Source: Octopus bimaculoides (Eukaryota). Taken from it: DNA of 64,000 nucleotides. The translations under genes were made by a program, and so were the position numbers. A model generated the notes under the pieces. It saw only the letters and a program-made list of their open reading frames with translations, did no database searches and was not told where the DNA came from. Shown here piece by piece: positions 61,773 through 64,000 of this stretch. Each line of letters starts with the position of its first letter. Position 1 is the first letter of the stretch. Location: positions 30,806,956-30,870,955 of the forward strand of contig NC_068987.1 of NCBI RefSeq assembly GCF_001194135.2, read 5' to 3'.

Positions 61773-62783
61773 CACCCATACACACACATGTACATTAACT
61801 GTCTCATACATATTCATTGACTGAAAAATACTCTCCTGACTGTGAAACACCATTCCATTCTCCTCTCTTTCTCCACTTTATTCATTCACCAATGGATTCT
61901 CATCAAAAAGCATTATGCTCTGTTTCCTTCTCAGCTTTTTCTTGAAGAATCACTGTCCTAAATTATGGAGATTTTCTCTGTTTCTTCCTTACAGCAAAAA
62001 AAATAATTACCTTCCTTTCCTGTAATATAAAATACAAGTATATATCGTTATGTATATAACACACTAATTATGCATTTTATTAAAGTGTATCATAATACAA
62101 TTTAAATACGCACACACACACACATACATACTTATGCATTCATTCATTTGTTTTACATTTGGTGCCCATGCAAGCATGGGTTAGATGAATGATTACAGGT
62201 AAGTTCACCGCCATCGATTCATCACAGGAGAGTTCACTGCCATCAATTCACCATGAAGAAAGTTCTAGAAACAATTCCACAGAGAATATACAGATTTAGT
62301 AGAGGAAATGATCTGAAATTTGGCATGTCAAATGCGTCAAGGCAACATTGAAAAATGGAAAATCAAATACTGAACACTTTGAAGGCTACTGAGCTTTACT
62401 CAGCAGTACAGTGAGGGCTACTGAAAAGTAATGATGATGATGCTGATGATTGTAGTAGTAGTAGTAGTAGTAGTAGTATAATTATTTTTTGATAGTAAAC
62501 TTATTTCTCCATAAGCTTTCCTCGCAGTGAACATTCCTTATGGTGAACTTTCCTGCAGTGGATTGATGTAATATGCAGAGGTATTGTTTTACAGCCTGGA
62601 TGCACTTGCTGTCATTAACACTTGTATTTCAAGTAAGTTGGGTGGTTTTCCTTCGACTTGTCTTTGACAGTTCAAACTACCAAATGGTTTGTGGATTGGG
62701 AAATGTCAACAAAAGACACTGTGTGTTGCTCAGATCAACAAAAAAAAGTAAGGATTTGCACTGAAACACTCACTCATACACTT

Positions 62784-62820
<37 letters not shown>

Positions 62821-62833
62821 TGCACAGATATCT

Positions 62834-64000
62834 ATCATCATCATCATCATCATCATCATCGTTTAACGTCCGCTTTCCATGCTAGCATGGGTTTGACGAT
62901 TTGACTGAGGACTGGTGAAACCAGATGGCTACACCAGGCTCCAATCTGATTTGGCAGTGTTTCCACAGCTGGATGCCCTTCCTAACGCCAACCACTCAGA
63001 GAGTGTAGTGGGTGCTTTTACGTGTCACCCGCACGAAGGCCAGTCAGGCGGTACTGGCAACGGCCACGCTCATCTCGCTCGAGAAACNNNNNNNNNNNNN
63101 NNNNNNNNNNNNNNNNNNNNNNNNNNNNNNNNNNNNNNNNNNNNNNNNNNNNNNNNNNNNNNNNNNNNNNNNNNNNNNNNNNNNNNNNNNNNNNNNNNNN
63201 NNNNNNNNNNNNNNNNNNNNNNNNNNNNNNNNNNNNNNNNNNNNNNNNNNNNNNNNNNNNNNNNNNNNNNNNNNNNNNNNNNNNNNNNNNNNNNNNNNNN
63301 NNNNNNNNNNNNNNNNNNNNNNNNNNNNNNNNNNNNNNNNNNNNNNNNNNNNNNNNNNNNNNNNNNNNNNNNNNNNNNNNNNNNNNNNNNNNNNNNNNNN
63401 NNNNNNNNNNNNNNNNNNNNNNNNNNNNNNNNNNNNNNNNNNNNNNNNNNNNNNNNNNNNNNNNNNNNNNNNNNNNNNNNNNNNNNNNNNNNNNNNNNNN
63501 NNNNNNNNNNNNNNNNNNNNNNNNNNNNNNNNNNNNNNNNNNNNNNNNNNNNNNNNNNNNNNNNNNNNNNNNNNNNNNNNNNNNNNNNNNNNNNNNNNNN
63601 NNNNNNNNNNNNNNNNNNNNNNNNNNNNNNNNNNNNNNNNNNNNNNNNNNNNNNNNNNNNNNNNNNNNNNNNNNNNNNNNNCACATGAGTCAGTCCAGGG
63701 GCACTGGCATCGATGCCGCTCGAAAGATTTCATGTGTCTCCCGCACATGAGCCAGTCCAGGGGCACTGGCAACGATCTCGCTCGAAAGATTTCATGTGTC
63801 GCCCGCACATGAGTCAGTCCAGGGGCACTGGCATCGATGCCGCTCGAAAGATTTCATGTGTCTCCCGCACATGAGCCAGTCCAGGGGCACTGGCAACGAT
63901 CCCGCTCGAAACATTTCATGTGTCACCCGCACAAGAGCCAGTCCAGGGGCACTGGCAACGATCCCGCTCAAAACATTTCATGTGTCACCCGCACATGAGC
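62834..64000 (-). mobile_element. RTE LINE 3' end running into a 62-bp tandem array
   Basis: (ATC)n tail and 3'UTR at 62834-63087, then a gap, then tandem units derived from the 3'UTR subrepeat. Confidence 0.85.
63682..64000. repeat. 62-bp tandem repeat, five or more units
   Basis: Units start at 63682, 63744, 63806, 63868, 63930 and 63992. Confidence 0.95.

Noticed and set aside
62190-62570. Loosely inverted clusters of GAAAGTTCACC-like motifs
   Set aside because: Probably an old MITE, but termini and TSD could not be defined.
63682-64000. Regular repeat array that might suggest CRISPR
   Set aside because: Units are contiguous 62-bp tandem copies without unique spacers, homologous to the LINE 3'UTR, in a eukaryotic context with no cas genes.

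Overview
Eukaryotic, AT-rich, repeat-dense genomic DNA with ten N-gaps. The SINE and LINE families look cephalopod (Octopus-like); this is inferred from memory of those repeats, not from a search. Three spliced genes can be built by hand. (1) IFT81, minus strand: 8 coding exons from the ATG at 24424 to 152, continuing off the left edge. (2) SPCS2, plus strand: complete, 5 coding exons, 28761-45158, 198 aa, head-to-head with IFT81; intron 3 is U12-type. (3) The 3' end of a MYND-finger gene, probably ANKMY1, minus strand: its last exon encodes a proline-free Gly-X-Y repeat. Introns hold three tRNA-derived SINE families, many 5'-truncated RTE LINEs, Tc1/mariner relics (DD34D, DD37D, DD37E, MITEs), Helitron, Dong/R4, L1/Tx1 and gypsy LTR fragments. 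The most unusual signal is four dispersed minimal type-I hammerhead-ribozyme-like motifs. One has a compensatory G3:C8 core and lies in a perfect 93-bp palindrome, which suggests Penelope-like or retrozyme elements. Also notable are a PHD finger embedded in the RTE reverse transcriptase and a 62-bp satellite derived from the RTE 3'UTR. Exon coordinates were counted by hand; repeat boundaries are approximate and no searches were run.
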